DNA from: Candidatus Poribacteria bacterium
GTDB lineage: Bacteria; Poribacteria; WGA-4E; UBA9662
Assembly: GCA_036339735.1 (NCBI GenBank)
Contig: JAYZAL010000104.1
Coordinates: forward strand, 1 to 64,000
Direction: 5' to 3'
Length of the DNA: 64,000 nt
How positions within the stretch are numbered: position 1 is the stretch's first letter; the number at the start of each line of letters is the position of its first letter. Shown piece after piece: positions 10,196 through 19,748 of this stretch. A model generated the notes under the pieces. It was not told the origin of the DNA, made no database searches, and was given only the letters and a program-made list of their open reading frames with translations. Position numbers and translations under genes: made by a program.

Positions 10196-11827
10196 CTACG
10201 GATGATTTTGGCCAGCTTTTGGTTTCTCCTTGCTAATCGTTCGGTTAGGGCCAAAACGGATATGCAAACCAGAATGGGGAATAGGCGTTTGACCGAATAG
10301 AACTAAAGTAATCGCCCAAAACAAAAGTGAGAACATCACTAAAATAGCAAAACCATACCCAAAGGCCAATAAGTACGAGTCCTCGATCAGCATTTTAGTA
10401 GTAGTTATAACAGTGGGTAACTGAATCGTAGCAACCAAGCACAAAACAGTTGCTATAATACCGTTAAAGGTGATTGTACCTTCGGTAACAATACGTCCAG
10501 GAGAAAACCCAGGCAATGCACGTTCGAAGTTAAACGTAATGATCCACCACATAAAAACGATATAAAGTAGCTGCCCCTTCCCCATCCAACTACTAGTTAG
10601 TAGATAAATAGGGGTTTCAAGGTGTACAGTTAATAGATAGAATACAGCCAGACCAACGCTGATATAGATAAGTTCAAACCAACCTAAAAACCCCCTAGAG
10701 AAAAGAAACATACCTGTCGTTGGAAGTCCATAGAACCGTTCTGGTAAAACATCTATTTGTTCAATCCACGTCAAAACAGCTTTTCTATGATTAAGGTATG
10801 TTAAAATGACCAAAACAAAGATAATAGCAAAAAGGTGCGTCCATAAAGGAAGTTCCACAATATGGTCTACTATAGGTTGTGTTGATCGTAGAATACTAAT
10901 GCCAGCAACCAAGGCTAATCCGAACAGGAATCCTTGTGTTTGCTCCATAATGCTATGCCAGTTAGCTTGCAGATTGGTCTTGATACAAAGCAGTTTGATC
11001 ATTTGACCCAAGGCAAAAGCAAGTCCACCCAAAAAACCTGTTGTTACCATGGCTAATCCAATTATTGGCAGATCATGTCGAAAGCAAAAGATAATTGCCC
11101 CAAAGACTATACCAACACAACCGGACCAATTATCACCACGTGGTGGTGTCATTCGTAATTTGAGTAAATTGACCAATATTAAGAAAGAAACCCACCATCC
11201 AGCACCTAAATGAAAAATCAAGGAGGTGGCAAAATCAAAACCACCCCGTATTACAACAACAATTAAAGTCGAGGCCAAAGCAACCGTAACATCCAACCAA
11301 TCTGTATCATACCAATAGAGTGGGCTTTCGTGTCGCCTAGAAGATTGGTAATCGTAGTTGTAATGCAGAAATAAGTCTACAATCACCAGCTGTAACGTCC
11401 ATCCAATAAAAACAAATAAGATAGGGAGAAAAAACAGATGAAGCTGTGAATTTTCCAAAACAGCTGGTAATGATAGCGCTAAACCTCCAGGAGCCGCCCA
11501 TAGGAAACCAATAGCAAATAGGTTGGCAAATCCATATAAAATCGTAAGTGAGTGCCCGGAATGGGTGTACGAAACTACCTGCATGTACGACATACTACCG
11601 CCAAACGACCAACCTATAGCACCAAACATAGCAAAGAAATGGATACGCTCTAACCAATCAGAACGACCAGCAGTTAAACAAATAGCCATGGCTGCTAATG
11701 CGCCAGGCAAGGCAGCACCTATTTCATGGCCAAAGTTGCCTCGAATTCCCCATCCGATAGACAAAGATAGAGCGCCCAACAACCACATTTGCCATGGAAC
11801 ATCTATAATCAAATCAATCAAGGCCAA
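10196..11827 (-). CDS. Uncharacterised polytopic membrane protein
   Basis: 543 aa with many hydrophobic helices; motifs GWGIRGNFGHE, GGSMSY, RGDNW. Confidence 0.75.
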   Translation of the reverse strand: MALIDLIIDVPWQMWLLGALSLSIGWGIRGNFGHEIGAALPGALAAMAICLTAGRSDWLERIHFFAMFGAIGWSFGGSMSYMQVVSYTHSGHSLTILYGFANLFAIGFLWAAPGGLALSLPAVLENSQLHLFFLPILFVFIGWTLQLVIVDLFLHYNYDYQSSRRHESPLYWYDTDWLDVTVALASTLIVVVIRGGFDFATSLIFHLGAGWWVSFLILVNLLKLRMTPPRGDNWSGCVGIVFGAIIFCFRHDLPIIGLAMVTTGFLGGLAFALGQMIKLLCIKTNLQANWHSIMEQTQGFLFGLALVAGISILRSTQPIVDHIVELPLWTHLFAIIFVLVILTYLNHRKAVLTWIEQIDVLPERFYGLPTTGMFLFSRGFLGWFELIYISVGLAVFYLLTVHLETPIYLLTSSWMGKGQLLYIVFMWWIITFNFERALPGFSPGRIVTEGTITFNGIIATVLCLVATIQLPTVITTTKMLIEDSYLLAFGYGFAILVMFSLLFWAITLVLFGQTPIPHSGLHIRFGPNRTISKEKPKAGQNHP

Positions 11828-11832
11828 CTCCT

Positions 11833-12669
11833 TTAGTTTATGTTTGACTCTGCCAACCGAAGTGTATTCTCAAGAAGTATGGCTCGTGTCATTGGCCCAA
11901 CCCCACCTGGCACTGGAGTGATTGCACTAACGATTTTTTCCACCGCCTCAAAATCGACATCCCCAACCAGATTTTGCCCAATACGATTAATACCAACATC
12001 AATGATTACTGATTCTGGCTTGACCATCTGTGATGTAATCATCCTTGGTTGTCCCACAGCCGCAATCAAAATATCAGCCTTTCGAGTTTCAGTTGCCAAG
12101 TTTTCTGTTTTAGAATGGCAATAAGTGACCGTAGCATGGCGCTCCATCAAAAGTAGCCCAGCAGGTTTACCAACTAGAGTACTACGCCCGATACATACAG
12201 CTTTTTTACCAGTAATGTCCAAACCAATCTCATCAAGCAGACGAATAATGCCGGTGGGCGTACAAGGGGTAACTTGATGACGACCAATTAATAATCTTCC
12301 TTGATTAGCGGAGCTTAAGCCGTCTACGTCTTTGGTCGGAAGAATTGTATCAATCACAGACTGGCCATCGATATGATTTGGAGTTGGCATCTGTAGCAGG
12401 ATACCGTCTATTTTTTGTAAATTGTTTAGTCTATCAACTAATTCTAAGACATCATTTTGACTCACATTTTCATCTAGTCGATGAACCTCAGAATGAAAAT
12501 TGACCCGATGACAGTCTTTGATTTTGTTATTGACATAAACAGTTGAAGCCGGGTCTTTTCCTAATTGTATTACAGCTAAACCTGGTGGTCGACTAAGAGT
12601 CTTAACACGTCGTTTAACTTTTCCACGAATTGATTTTGCAATTTTGTTTCCATCTATGATCTTGGCCAA
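11833..12669 (-). CDS. folD: Bifunctional methylenetetrahydrofolate dehydrogenase/cyclohydrolase
   Basis: YVNNK, KDVDG, PCTP, GRSTLVGKP, PVPGGVGPMT. Confidence 0.97.
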   Translation of the reverse strand: MAKIIDGNKIAKSIRGKVKRRVKTLSRPPGLAVIQLGKDPASTVYVNNKIKDCHRVNFHSEVHRLDENVSQNDVLELVDRLNNLQKIDGILLQMPTPNHIDGQSVIDTILPTKDVDGLSSANQGRLLIGRHQVTPCTPTGIIRLLDEIGLDITGKKAVCIGRSTLVGKPAGLLLMERHATVTYCHSKTENLATETRKADILIAAVGQPRMITSQMVKPESVIIDVGINRIGQNLVGDVDFEAVEKIVSAITPVPGGVGPMTRAILLENTLRLAESNIN

Positions 12670-12680
12670 TCTAGAACTCC

Positions 12681-13628
12681 TTAACTCAAATGCGAGACCG
12701 ATAACTGTTGATGGAAGATATCTTCCAAAGATGGTTTGACTAGACGTAAATGACGAATTTTCGCATTTGTTTCGAATGCTAATTGAAAAAACTGGTGACT
12801 GATACGATCTAACTGTTGTACTGAGTCAAGAAATTGTTGGTTAGGTATGGCTAAAATTCTTAATTCAGAAACTTTTTCACATTTGAAACCCAATATATCG
12901 AGTTGAACCAAAAAGGGCTCTATGTCTCCTTTTAGCTCTATTTCGTAGGCTATCTGTTGGCTATCTCGCATGGTTTTTAGTTCGCCGCTCAAAGCAATTT
13001 TCCCATCGTTGAGAGCTATGATAGAAGTACAGGTTGATTCGATATCTTTCAAGATATGGGAAGAGAAAATAACATTAGTGTTTTGTTCTAACACAAGGTT
13101 AGTAACTAATGACAGCATTGATTCTCGTCCTCTTTGATCCATACCATTTGTTGGCTCATCCAGTAGTAATAAATCTGGATCATGTACTAACGCTTGTGCT
13201 AACTTCAGCCTTTGTCGGACTCCAGTAGTATAGGTTTCAACTGGTCGGTATCGAATTTCATCGATACCAACATAATTTAGAACTTCATGGGCTCTTTGCC
13301 TTGCAGCCTTTCGATCCATTCCACATAGCTCACCTGCATAACCAACAAAACTGACAGCACTCACTCCTGGTATATAGCTATCATTTTCCGGCATATAACC
13401 AATTAGTTGTCGGATCTCTGTTTTACTAGATTTAACTCTTTTTCCAAACAGATTGATATAACCGGTCGTTGGGACCAAAAAACCAAGCAATGTTTTGATT
13501 AGTGTACTTTTACCTGCGCCATTTGGTCCCAAAAGACCTATTGCACCACCTTTAATTTGTAAATTTAAGTTGTCTAAAACCACTTTCTTGCCATAACTGA
13601 CGGTTAAATCTGTTAACTCAAGTAACAT
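12681..13628 (-). CDS. ABC-2 type transporter ATP-binding protein
   Basis: GPNGAGKST, YTTGVRQR signature, LLLDEPT, SSH; no permease adjacent. Confidence 0.9.
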   Translation of the reverse strand: MLLELTDLTVSYGKKVVLDNLNLQIKGGAIGLLGPNGAGKSTLIKTLLGFLVPTTGYINLFGKRVKSSKTEIRQLIGYMPENDSYIPGVSAVSFVGYAGELCGMDRKAARQRAHEVLNYVGIDEIRYRPVETYTTGVRQRLKLAQALVHDPDLLLLDEPTNGMDQRGRESMLSLVTNLVLEQNTNVIFSSHILKDIESTCTSIIALNDGKIALSGELKTMRDSQQIAYEIELKGDIEPFLVQLDILGFKCEKVSELRILAIPNQQFLDSVQQLDRISHQFFQLAFETNAKIRHLRLVKPSLEDIFHQQLSVSHLS

Positions 13629-13771
13629 TAGTAAAAATCAATAGAAACCGAAATTCTAAGGTTATGAAGAGAACGTATACATAGATAGAATATATAAAAC
13701 GTAAAATTATGTTGCATTTTAGAATACCATTCCAGTCTTTATGTCTTTATGTTATCCAAATCGGTCTGCAA

Positions 13772-14986
13772 TTACAGAGCATCTTCAAAAAATTGCATCT
13801 CAACCGATTCACCAGCTTTCACTCTTGTATTTGCTGGAATAACAGCCAACCCGTTAGCCAAAACCAGTGAATATAAGATGCCAGATCCTTGTGGACCAGT
13901 CATTTTAGCGTAGTATTTTCCTTCTATTTTTTCTACTAATACCCGCACATAGTTAACACGATCCGTATTATTCGCCACATCCTGATCTAAGATAGTCTGA
14001 AATGTTGGTCGTTTCAAGGCAGAAAAACCCGCCATCTTCCTCAACGCTGGTCGCACAAATAATTCAAAAACTGTCAGGGACGAAACGGGATTTCCTGGCA
14101 GCCCAAAAATGGGTTTTCCATGTACTAAACCGAAGGCTTGAGGTTTGCCAGGTTTCATTGCAACACGCCAAAAATTAATCTGACCTAATCGAGATAGTAC
14201 GGACTTGACCACGTCAAATTCTCCTACGGATACACCTCCACTGGTAATCAAAGCATCGGCTTTTTGTAAGCCATCTAGCAAAGTCTCCTCTATATTTTTT
14301 TCTTTGTCACCACATATACCTAAGTCAATACTTTGGCAACCCATTTCCTTAAGTTGCGCCATGATACCATAACGGTTACTATCTCGAATCTTTCCTGGGC
14401 TCAGGTTCGATCCCAAGTCAGCTAATTCATCCCCGGTGGAAATTACGGCCACAGTTGGTAGCCGAAACACAAGAACCTCTTGAACATTCAAAGCTGCCAT
14501 CATAGCTACCTCTTGTGCGCGAATCGACTTTCCCTTTGACATAACCAAGTCTCCGGTGTTTACACTTTCGCCCGGAAGTCGAACATTTTCCGAGGAATTC
14601 ACACTCTGAAATACTTTGACATATTCGTTAGTTGACTCAGTATCTTCTACCATTACTACGCTATCAGCACCATCCGGTAGCATAGCTCCCGTCATAATTT
14701 TTGCAGCTTGTCCTGGTTGGAGAATTAGCTTGGGAATATTACCGGCTGGTATTACCTCAGTAACTGATAATTGAACAGGTTTATCTATTCGAGCCAACTG
14801 TATGTCTTTGGACATGACAGCGAACCCATCCATTGATGAATTTCGGAAGGGAGGTAAGCATTCTTGAGCATATAAATCTTGGGCCAAAACACAACCCAAG
14901 CTATCTGAAATATGTCTATTTTCAGGCTCTAAAACTGAAACGGCAGATAGAATTCTATTCTCGGCTTGCTGAACAGATAGCATCAT
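13772..14986 (-). CDS. moeA: Molybdopterin molybdotransferase
   Basis: SSMDGFAV, IMTGA, STGDEL, SGGVSVG, KPGKP, GLPGNP. Confidence 0.96.
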   Translation of the reverse strand: MMLSVQQAENRILSAVSVLEPENRHISDSLGCVLAQDLYAQECLPPFRNSSMDGFAVMSKDIQLARIDKPVQLSVTEVIPAGNIPKLILQPGQAAKIMTGAMLPDGADSVVMVEDTESTNEYVKVFQSVNSSENVRLPGESVNTGDLVMSKGKSIRAQEVAMMAALNVQEVLVFRLPTVAVISTGDELADLGSNLSPGKIRDSNRYGIMAQLKEMGCQSIDLGICGDKEKNIEETLLDGLQKADALITSGGVSVGEFDVVKSVLSRLGQINFWRVAMKPGKPQAFGLVHGKPIFGLPGNPVSSLTVFELFVRPALRKMAGFSALKRPTFQTILDQDVANNTDRVNYVRVLVEKIEGKYYAKMTGPQGSGILYSLVLANGLAVIPANTRVKAGESVEMQFFEDAL

Positions 14987-15164
14987 TTTCTAATTTTCCT
15001 TTTATTGTAGCAAAAACTTTAAAATCATTATGTAAAAAACCTTTCGGTGAGATGACTGCATTATTGAAGGTAATCAAATATAAAAATAACATCAATATAG
15101 TTATCTTGGCAAATGCCTATTCTTTTGTTAAAATCAAGATGGTAAAAAAATTTAGGGTAATAGA

Positions 15165-15791
15165 ATCCCAAAAGAAACACGTAATAAGATTATAGTGCTT
15201 TTAAAAAAGAATCCGGGGCTGAGTAGTGCTGAAATTGGTGAAGAATTTAGACTTCACAAAGTAACAGTTCGGCAGCATCTATCGGCTTTGCTAACACAAG
15301 GCTATGTTTATTACCGGAAAAAAAAGTTGAACCGGGGTCGTCCTCAAAACATTTATTATTTAACGACTAAAGGAATTAGTGAATTCTTCCCGGGTAGATA
15401 TTCTGGTTTTGCACTAGGTTTACTCGATTCTGTTATTGCCATTGATGGAGAGCAAAAACTCCACAAACTGTTGCAACAAGAAATGGAACAAAAAGCCAAT
15501 GATTTCTTTGAGGGGAGCGAAGCCAAAAGCCTCAGAGAAAAAGTAGTTTTATTGGCTGAGTTTTTCAATCAACAAGGTTATATGGTTGAACTAGAAGAAA
15601 CAGTAGACGCTTTCATCTTTCGAGAGCATCATTGTGCTCTAATCAATCTAGCGAAAAAGCACAACCAAATCTGTCAAGTGGAACTATCTTTCCTAAAGAG
15701 ACTACTTGGCCAAAATGTCGAGCGTGAGTCCCATATTAATATGGGGGATAATTGTTGCAGTTATCGCATACCCAAGCTAGAGAAAATATAG
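15165..15791 (+). CDS. SufR-like HTH transcriptional regulator with C-terminal Cys cluster (start uncertain: ATC 15165 or GTG 15195)
   Basis: VRQHL, RGRP..Y.LT..G, EHHC-x12-C...CCSY. Confidence 0.8.
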   Translation: MPKETRNKIIVLLKKNPGLSSAEIGEEFRLHKVTVRQHLSALLTQGYVYYRKKKLNRGRPQNIYYLTTKGISEFFPGRYSGFALGLLDSVIAIDGEQKLHKLLQQEMEQKANDFFEGSEAKSLREKVVLLAEFFNQQGYMVELEETVDAFIFREHHCALINLAKKHNQICQVELSFLKRLLGQNVERESHINMGDNCCSYRIPKLEKI

Positions 15792-15813
15792 AAACTACTC
15801 TGAACTCATATGC

Positions 15814-17283
15814 TCAGTAAGGCTGTATTCTCGGTGACATCGGTGGGTGAGCTAATACAGTCTCATCGAAGCTTTTCGTGAGAAGTTCCCATTTCTTTTT
15901 TTCCCATTTTGGAATTTCAGAGAGATCCTGGTGTTCCCAAGGGTCTTCAACCAAGTCATATAATTCACATACACCTTTTCGGTGATAATTCACCAGTTTC
16001 CATCGATTGTCTCGGTACATTGTAGCATGGGTTTGATCAGGATAGTCGATTGCGCCATAAAATTCACAACGGACGCTTTGTCTGTGCTTACTCGTGTGCC
16101 CAGAAAGTAGATCATGCAAAGACTGACCTTGTAAATAGAACGGTTTTTCTAAACCAATACAGTCAAGCAAGGTAGGGACTAGATCGACCAATTCGACCAA
16201 AACCTCTGAGATTACTGATTTTTGATACTTTTCGGGGTAAGAGATTATTAGTGGAACTCGGACTAAGCCTTCATAGAAGCGGCATCCTTTCAAAAACAAT
16301 CCATGGTCGCCAAGCATTTCGCCATGATCAGACATAAAAATGACTATTGTGTTTTGACGCTGTCCTGTTCGTTCCAGAAAATCAAGTAGTCGGCCAAACT
16401 CAGTATCAATCTGTTCGATCATGGCATAATAAGCCGCTTGAATTTTTTTAATTTGTTGATCTATAGGAGCTTTTGGTTTCGATTGGAAGTCTATTCCTAA
16501 ATCGACAAGTTTTTTTTGATGGTCGAGATCAGTATTTCGGAAGTTAGCTCCTGGCAGTTGTTGTTGATTATATTTTTCATAATAAAACAAAGGAGGGTCA
16601 AATGGTGGATGTGGGTCAAATGGATTGACTGATAAAAACCATGGTTGATCAATGGCTCTGTTCTTTTGGATAAAATCAATTGCCTTCTCGGTGCACCAGA
16701 AAGTTTGATGAAGATGACGAGGAATATTGTCCTCAGTAGCTGACGGCTCATATAACCCACCGAAGTCTCGACGGCATTCGGCATCTCGATAATTAGATGC
16801 ATTAACTGGTTTTTGCATTAGATGCTCAGGGGCTTCTCCACTTTTTCGTATCCATTCAGCATAGTCATGACCAAATTTGTTCGGACCTTTGTGGTCATGA
16901 CTATACTGAAAGTAACGGTAACCATCTGCAACACGTTTTTCTTGTCCTAGTGCTGCACTTGAAAGATGCAATTTACCTACTAATCCGCAATCGTAACCGA
17001 ATCGCTCTAAAATATTAGGGATAAGGCGATCTTGATAATAAGAAGGGAATTTTTCGATTCCGTTACCATTTACACTAACAGCGGATGGATACATACCCGT
17101 TAAAAAACTAGCCCGACTAGGTGTACAAATTGGTGATTGACAGTAAGCATGGGTGAAGGCGGTACCATCAGTTAAAAAATTGTCTAAGTTTGGTGTATGT
17201 ATATAGTGATTACCAAGAGCAGAAACGGTATCAAAACGTTGTTGATCTGTACAATACCAAAGAATGTTGGGTTTTGGTTTCAT
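15814..17283 (-). CDS. Formylglycine-type sulfatase
   Basis: PNILW..TDQ, CTPSR active-site motif, GKLHL, SDHG. Confidence 0.95.
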   Translation of the reverse strand: MKPKPNILWYCTDQQRFDTVSALGNHYIHTPNLDNFLTDGTAFTHAYCQSPICTPSRASFLTGMYPSAVSVNGNGIEKFPSYYQDRLIPNILERFGYDCGLVGKLHLSSAALGQEKRVADGYRYFQYSHDHKGPNKFGHDYAEWIRKSGEAPEHLMQKPVNASNYRDAECRRDFGGLYEPSATEDNIPRHLHQTFWCTEKAIDFIQKNRAIDQPWFLSVNPFDPHPPFDPPLFYYEKYNQQQLPGANFRNTDLDHQKKLVDLGIDFQSKPKAPIDQQIKKIQAAYYAMIEQIDTEFGRLLDFLERTGQRQNTIVIFMSDHGEMLGDHGLFLKGCRFYEGLVRVPLIISYPEKYQKSVISEVLVELVDLVPTLLDCIGLEKPFYLQGQSLHDLLSGHTSKHRQSVRCEFYGAIDYPDQTHATMYRDNRWKLVNYHRKGVCELYDLVEDPWEHQDLSEIPKWEKKKWELLTKSFDETVLAHPPMSPRIQPY

Positions 17284-17303
17284 AGTGTAGGTCTATTCAA
17301 TTT

Positions 17304-17666
17304 TCATAAAGAAATCAACTGGGTAATTTTTCGAGCATCTACTAAATTCAATCCATTTATAAAGTAAGTAGATTGAAGAGTCTCAATTTTTAACTGAGAT
17401 TGTCGAATAATCTTTTGCCATAAAGTTTGTTCAATCGAGATGCATCTGATTTCCAAGATATTAACATCAAACCTAATAATAGCGAAAGGGTACAGACTAA
17501 GCATGTTTTGTTCTGTTAAAACTAACAGCTGAGAGTCTGTAAGTACAACAAAGTCTGGCTGAAACACTTGCGATCCGCCAAGTGCACAGAAGCGGATGGG
17601 ACGAGAAGTCAGTTGTCGGTTGGCCAATTGTTGAATTTGATCAGGCAAATAACCAAATTCAACCAT
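17304..17666 (-). CDS. Hypothetical protein (possibly bacterial PH-like fold)
   Basis: 120-aa ORF co-oriented with neighbours; VVLTDSQLL beta-rich pattern. Confidence 0.45.
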   Translation of the reverse strand: MVEFGYLPDQIQQLANRQLTSRPIRFCALGGSQVFQPDFVVLTDSQLLVLTEQNMLSLYPFAIIRFDVNILEIRCISIEQTLWQKIIRQSQLKIETLQSTYFINGLNLVDARKITQLISL

Positions 17667-17728
17667 AACGAAATACTATGAAGCGTTGGGTCGTGTATAT
17701 CGTGAAGTATTCACAAAGTGAGAATTAA

Positions 17729-18205
17729 TTAAACTGTAAAACGACCGAGATCATCATCGTCTAAATCCTCCAGAGAGCTAGTTTCCTTCTTCTCAACTAA
17801 GTCATCCTCGGCAAAGCTATTCTTGGCGATGATCTCTTCTTCAACAAAAATTGGCGCATTAGAACGTAGTGCTAGAGCAATACTATCGCTTGGTCGAGCA
17901 TCTATCTGCAGGGTTTCTTGACCAACAGTTAAATTAATCAAAGCAAAAAAAGTTCGATCTTTTAAGCTATGAACATAAATTGAATCAACCGTGGCCGATA
18001 AAGCTTCAATGATATTTTTCATCAGATCATGAGCGAAAGGGCGAGGTGGCAACTCATCCTTTAGCTGTAAATGGATAGCAATAGCCTCACTTTGACCAAT
18101 CCAAATTGGTAACAGACGCTTTTTCTCGTTTTCAATATTACGTAAAAATACCACTGGCGACCCAGCTGCATCAACTGATACAAATGCCACTTCAACTGGA
18201 ATCAT
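17729..18205 (-). CDS. Bifunctional nuclease family protein (DUF151)
   Basis: LPIWIG..EA.AI, RP..HDL, DARPSDSIALALR. Confidence 0.93.
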   Translation of the reverse strand: MIPVEVAFVSVDAAGSPVVFLRNIENEKKRLLPIWIGQSEAIAIHLQLKDELPPRPFAHDLMKNIIEALSATVDSIYVHSLKDRTFFALINLTVGQETLQIDARPSDSIALALRSNAPIFVEEEIIAKNSFAEDDLVEKKETSSLEDLDDDDLGRFTV

Positions 18206-19554
18206 GTTGTTCCTCCTTGGCGAAATTTCGCATTGGATCGATAAAAAATGCGGATTGGTGCACCTTCAAAACCGAATGTGCGACGAATATTATTGACAAG
18301 ATAGGCTTCGTAGTGCGCTTTTATTTTGTTTGTGTTAGTACCAAAAATAAGGAAAGTCGGTGGATGTGTTTCAACCTGAGTCATATAACGCAACTTGGGG
18401 CGAAACCGGCCAACCCGAGGTGGTTGTCGTTTCCCTTTCAAATCTGACAGCAGTTGATTCAGGTCAGGAGTTGGCACTCTTGTTGATGCTGACCGATGAA
18501 TTTGTAAACTCATATCCAGCATATTATTAGTTCTTTGACCTGTCTCAGCTGAGATAAAGACTTGTGGGACATAGGTAAGTTGGGGAAAAGTACGGTAAAT
18601 ATTATCCGTAAAGCGGTTGAAAGTGGTATCATCTTTTTTGATTAAATCCCACTTATTAATCGCAATTATGCAAGATTTTCCCTGTCTTGCTATGAAATCG
18701 GCTATTATTTTGTCTTGTCTAGATGTTTGTCGAGTGGCATCTAAAATCAACCAAGTAACATCACTTTGGCGAATGCTCCTAATGGCTCTTTGAACGGTCG
18801 ATTTCTCTAATTTCTCTTTTACCGAAGACTTTCGTCTCATTCCTGCAGTGTCAATCAGTTCAAATGGAATATGTTTATAACTAAACTGGATATTAACTGC
18901 GTCGCGAGTCGTGCCTGGAATGGGGCTAACAATCATCCGGTCCTCACCTAACAAATTATTAATCAGTGAAGATTTTCCAGCATTTGGCCGACCAACAATC
19001 GCAACTTTTAAGGACATCGGCACCTGGTCGGGCAAATCACTACTAGATGGAAGCTGTTGTAATAAATCTTCCATTAAGCTATCAAAGCCTAAATTCTGCG
19101 TACACGAAATAGGATAAGGTGATGTCAGTCCAAATTCGTAAAAATCGGTACTGGCCTCAGACCACCTTGCATTATCTGACTTATTAACAGCCAGAAATAC
19201 AGGTTTGTTAGTCCGCCGAAGTTTATCCGCAACAATCTGATCCTGTCGTAAGATCCCATCTCGTACGTCCACCATGAATAAGATTACGTCGGCTTCATAA
19301 AGTGCAACTTCCACCTGAAGTTGTACTAGATCGATTAACTCATCAATTGGTTCTATATCCATTCCACCGGTATCAATAAGAGTGAACCGGTGACTTCCCC
19401 AAGTAACATCAGCATACATTCGGTCACGAGTAACTCCGGGCATATCATGGACGACAGCTAGTTTTTTACGAGCTAGTAAGTTGAAAAAAGATGACTTACC
19501 AACGTTTGGTCGGCCAACAATAGCCACCACAGGTTTTCTTGTTATCGTGCTCAT
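18202..19554 (-). CDS. der: Ribosome biogenesis GTPase Der (EngA)
   Basis: Two GTPase domains (GRPNVGKS, GRPNAGKS) plus KH-like C-terminus. Confidence 0.97.
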   Translation of the reverse strand: MSTITRKPVVAIVGRPNVGKSSFFNLLARKKLAVVHDMPGVTRDRMYADVTWGSHRFTLIDTGGMDIEPIDELIDLVQLQVEVALYEADVILFMVDVRDGILRQDQIVADKLRRTNKPVFLAVNKSDNARWSEASTDFYEFGLTSPYPISCTQNLGFDSLMEDLLQQLPSSSDLPDQVPMSLKVAIVGRPNAGKSSLINNLLGEDRMIVSPIPGTTRDAVNIQFSYKHIPFELIDTAGMRRKSSVKEKLEKSTVQRAIRSIRQSDVTWLILDATRQTSRQDKIIADFIARQGKSCIIAINKWDLIKKDDTTFNRFTDNIYRTFPQLTYVPQVFISAETGQRTNNMLDMSLQIHRSASTRVPTPDLNQLLSDLKGKRQPPRVGRFRPKLRYMTQVETHPPTFLIFGTNTNKIKAHYEAYLVNNIRRTFGFEGAPIRIFYRSNAKFRQGGTT

Positions 19555-19748
19555 AGATTAAATGATCTTAACTTCCCTCATTACAAACCAAGGTCATACA
19601 GTGAATAACGTTTATCAATAGTATTCAGCATCATGTTTTTCTGTTTGAGGTGTAAGAAGTTTAATGAAAACTGAAAATCCAAAAACTGAAGAATATAAAA
19701 TTAATCAGCCTCATCTTTGAAGGGTTAATTAAATACTCATACTTTTAC

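Noticed and set aside
14833-15195. 120-aa + strand ORF and a possible frameshift at the A7 run into the regulator
   Set aside because: It overlaps moeA antisense and has no motifs. A -1 shift at the A run meets the TAG at 15153-15155.
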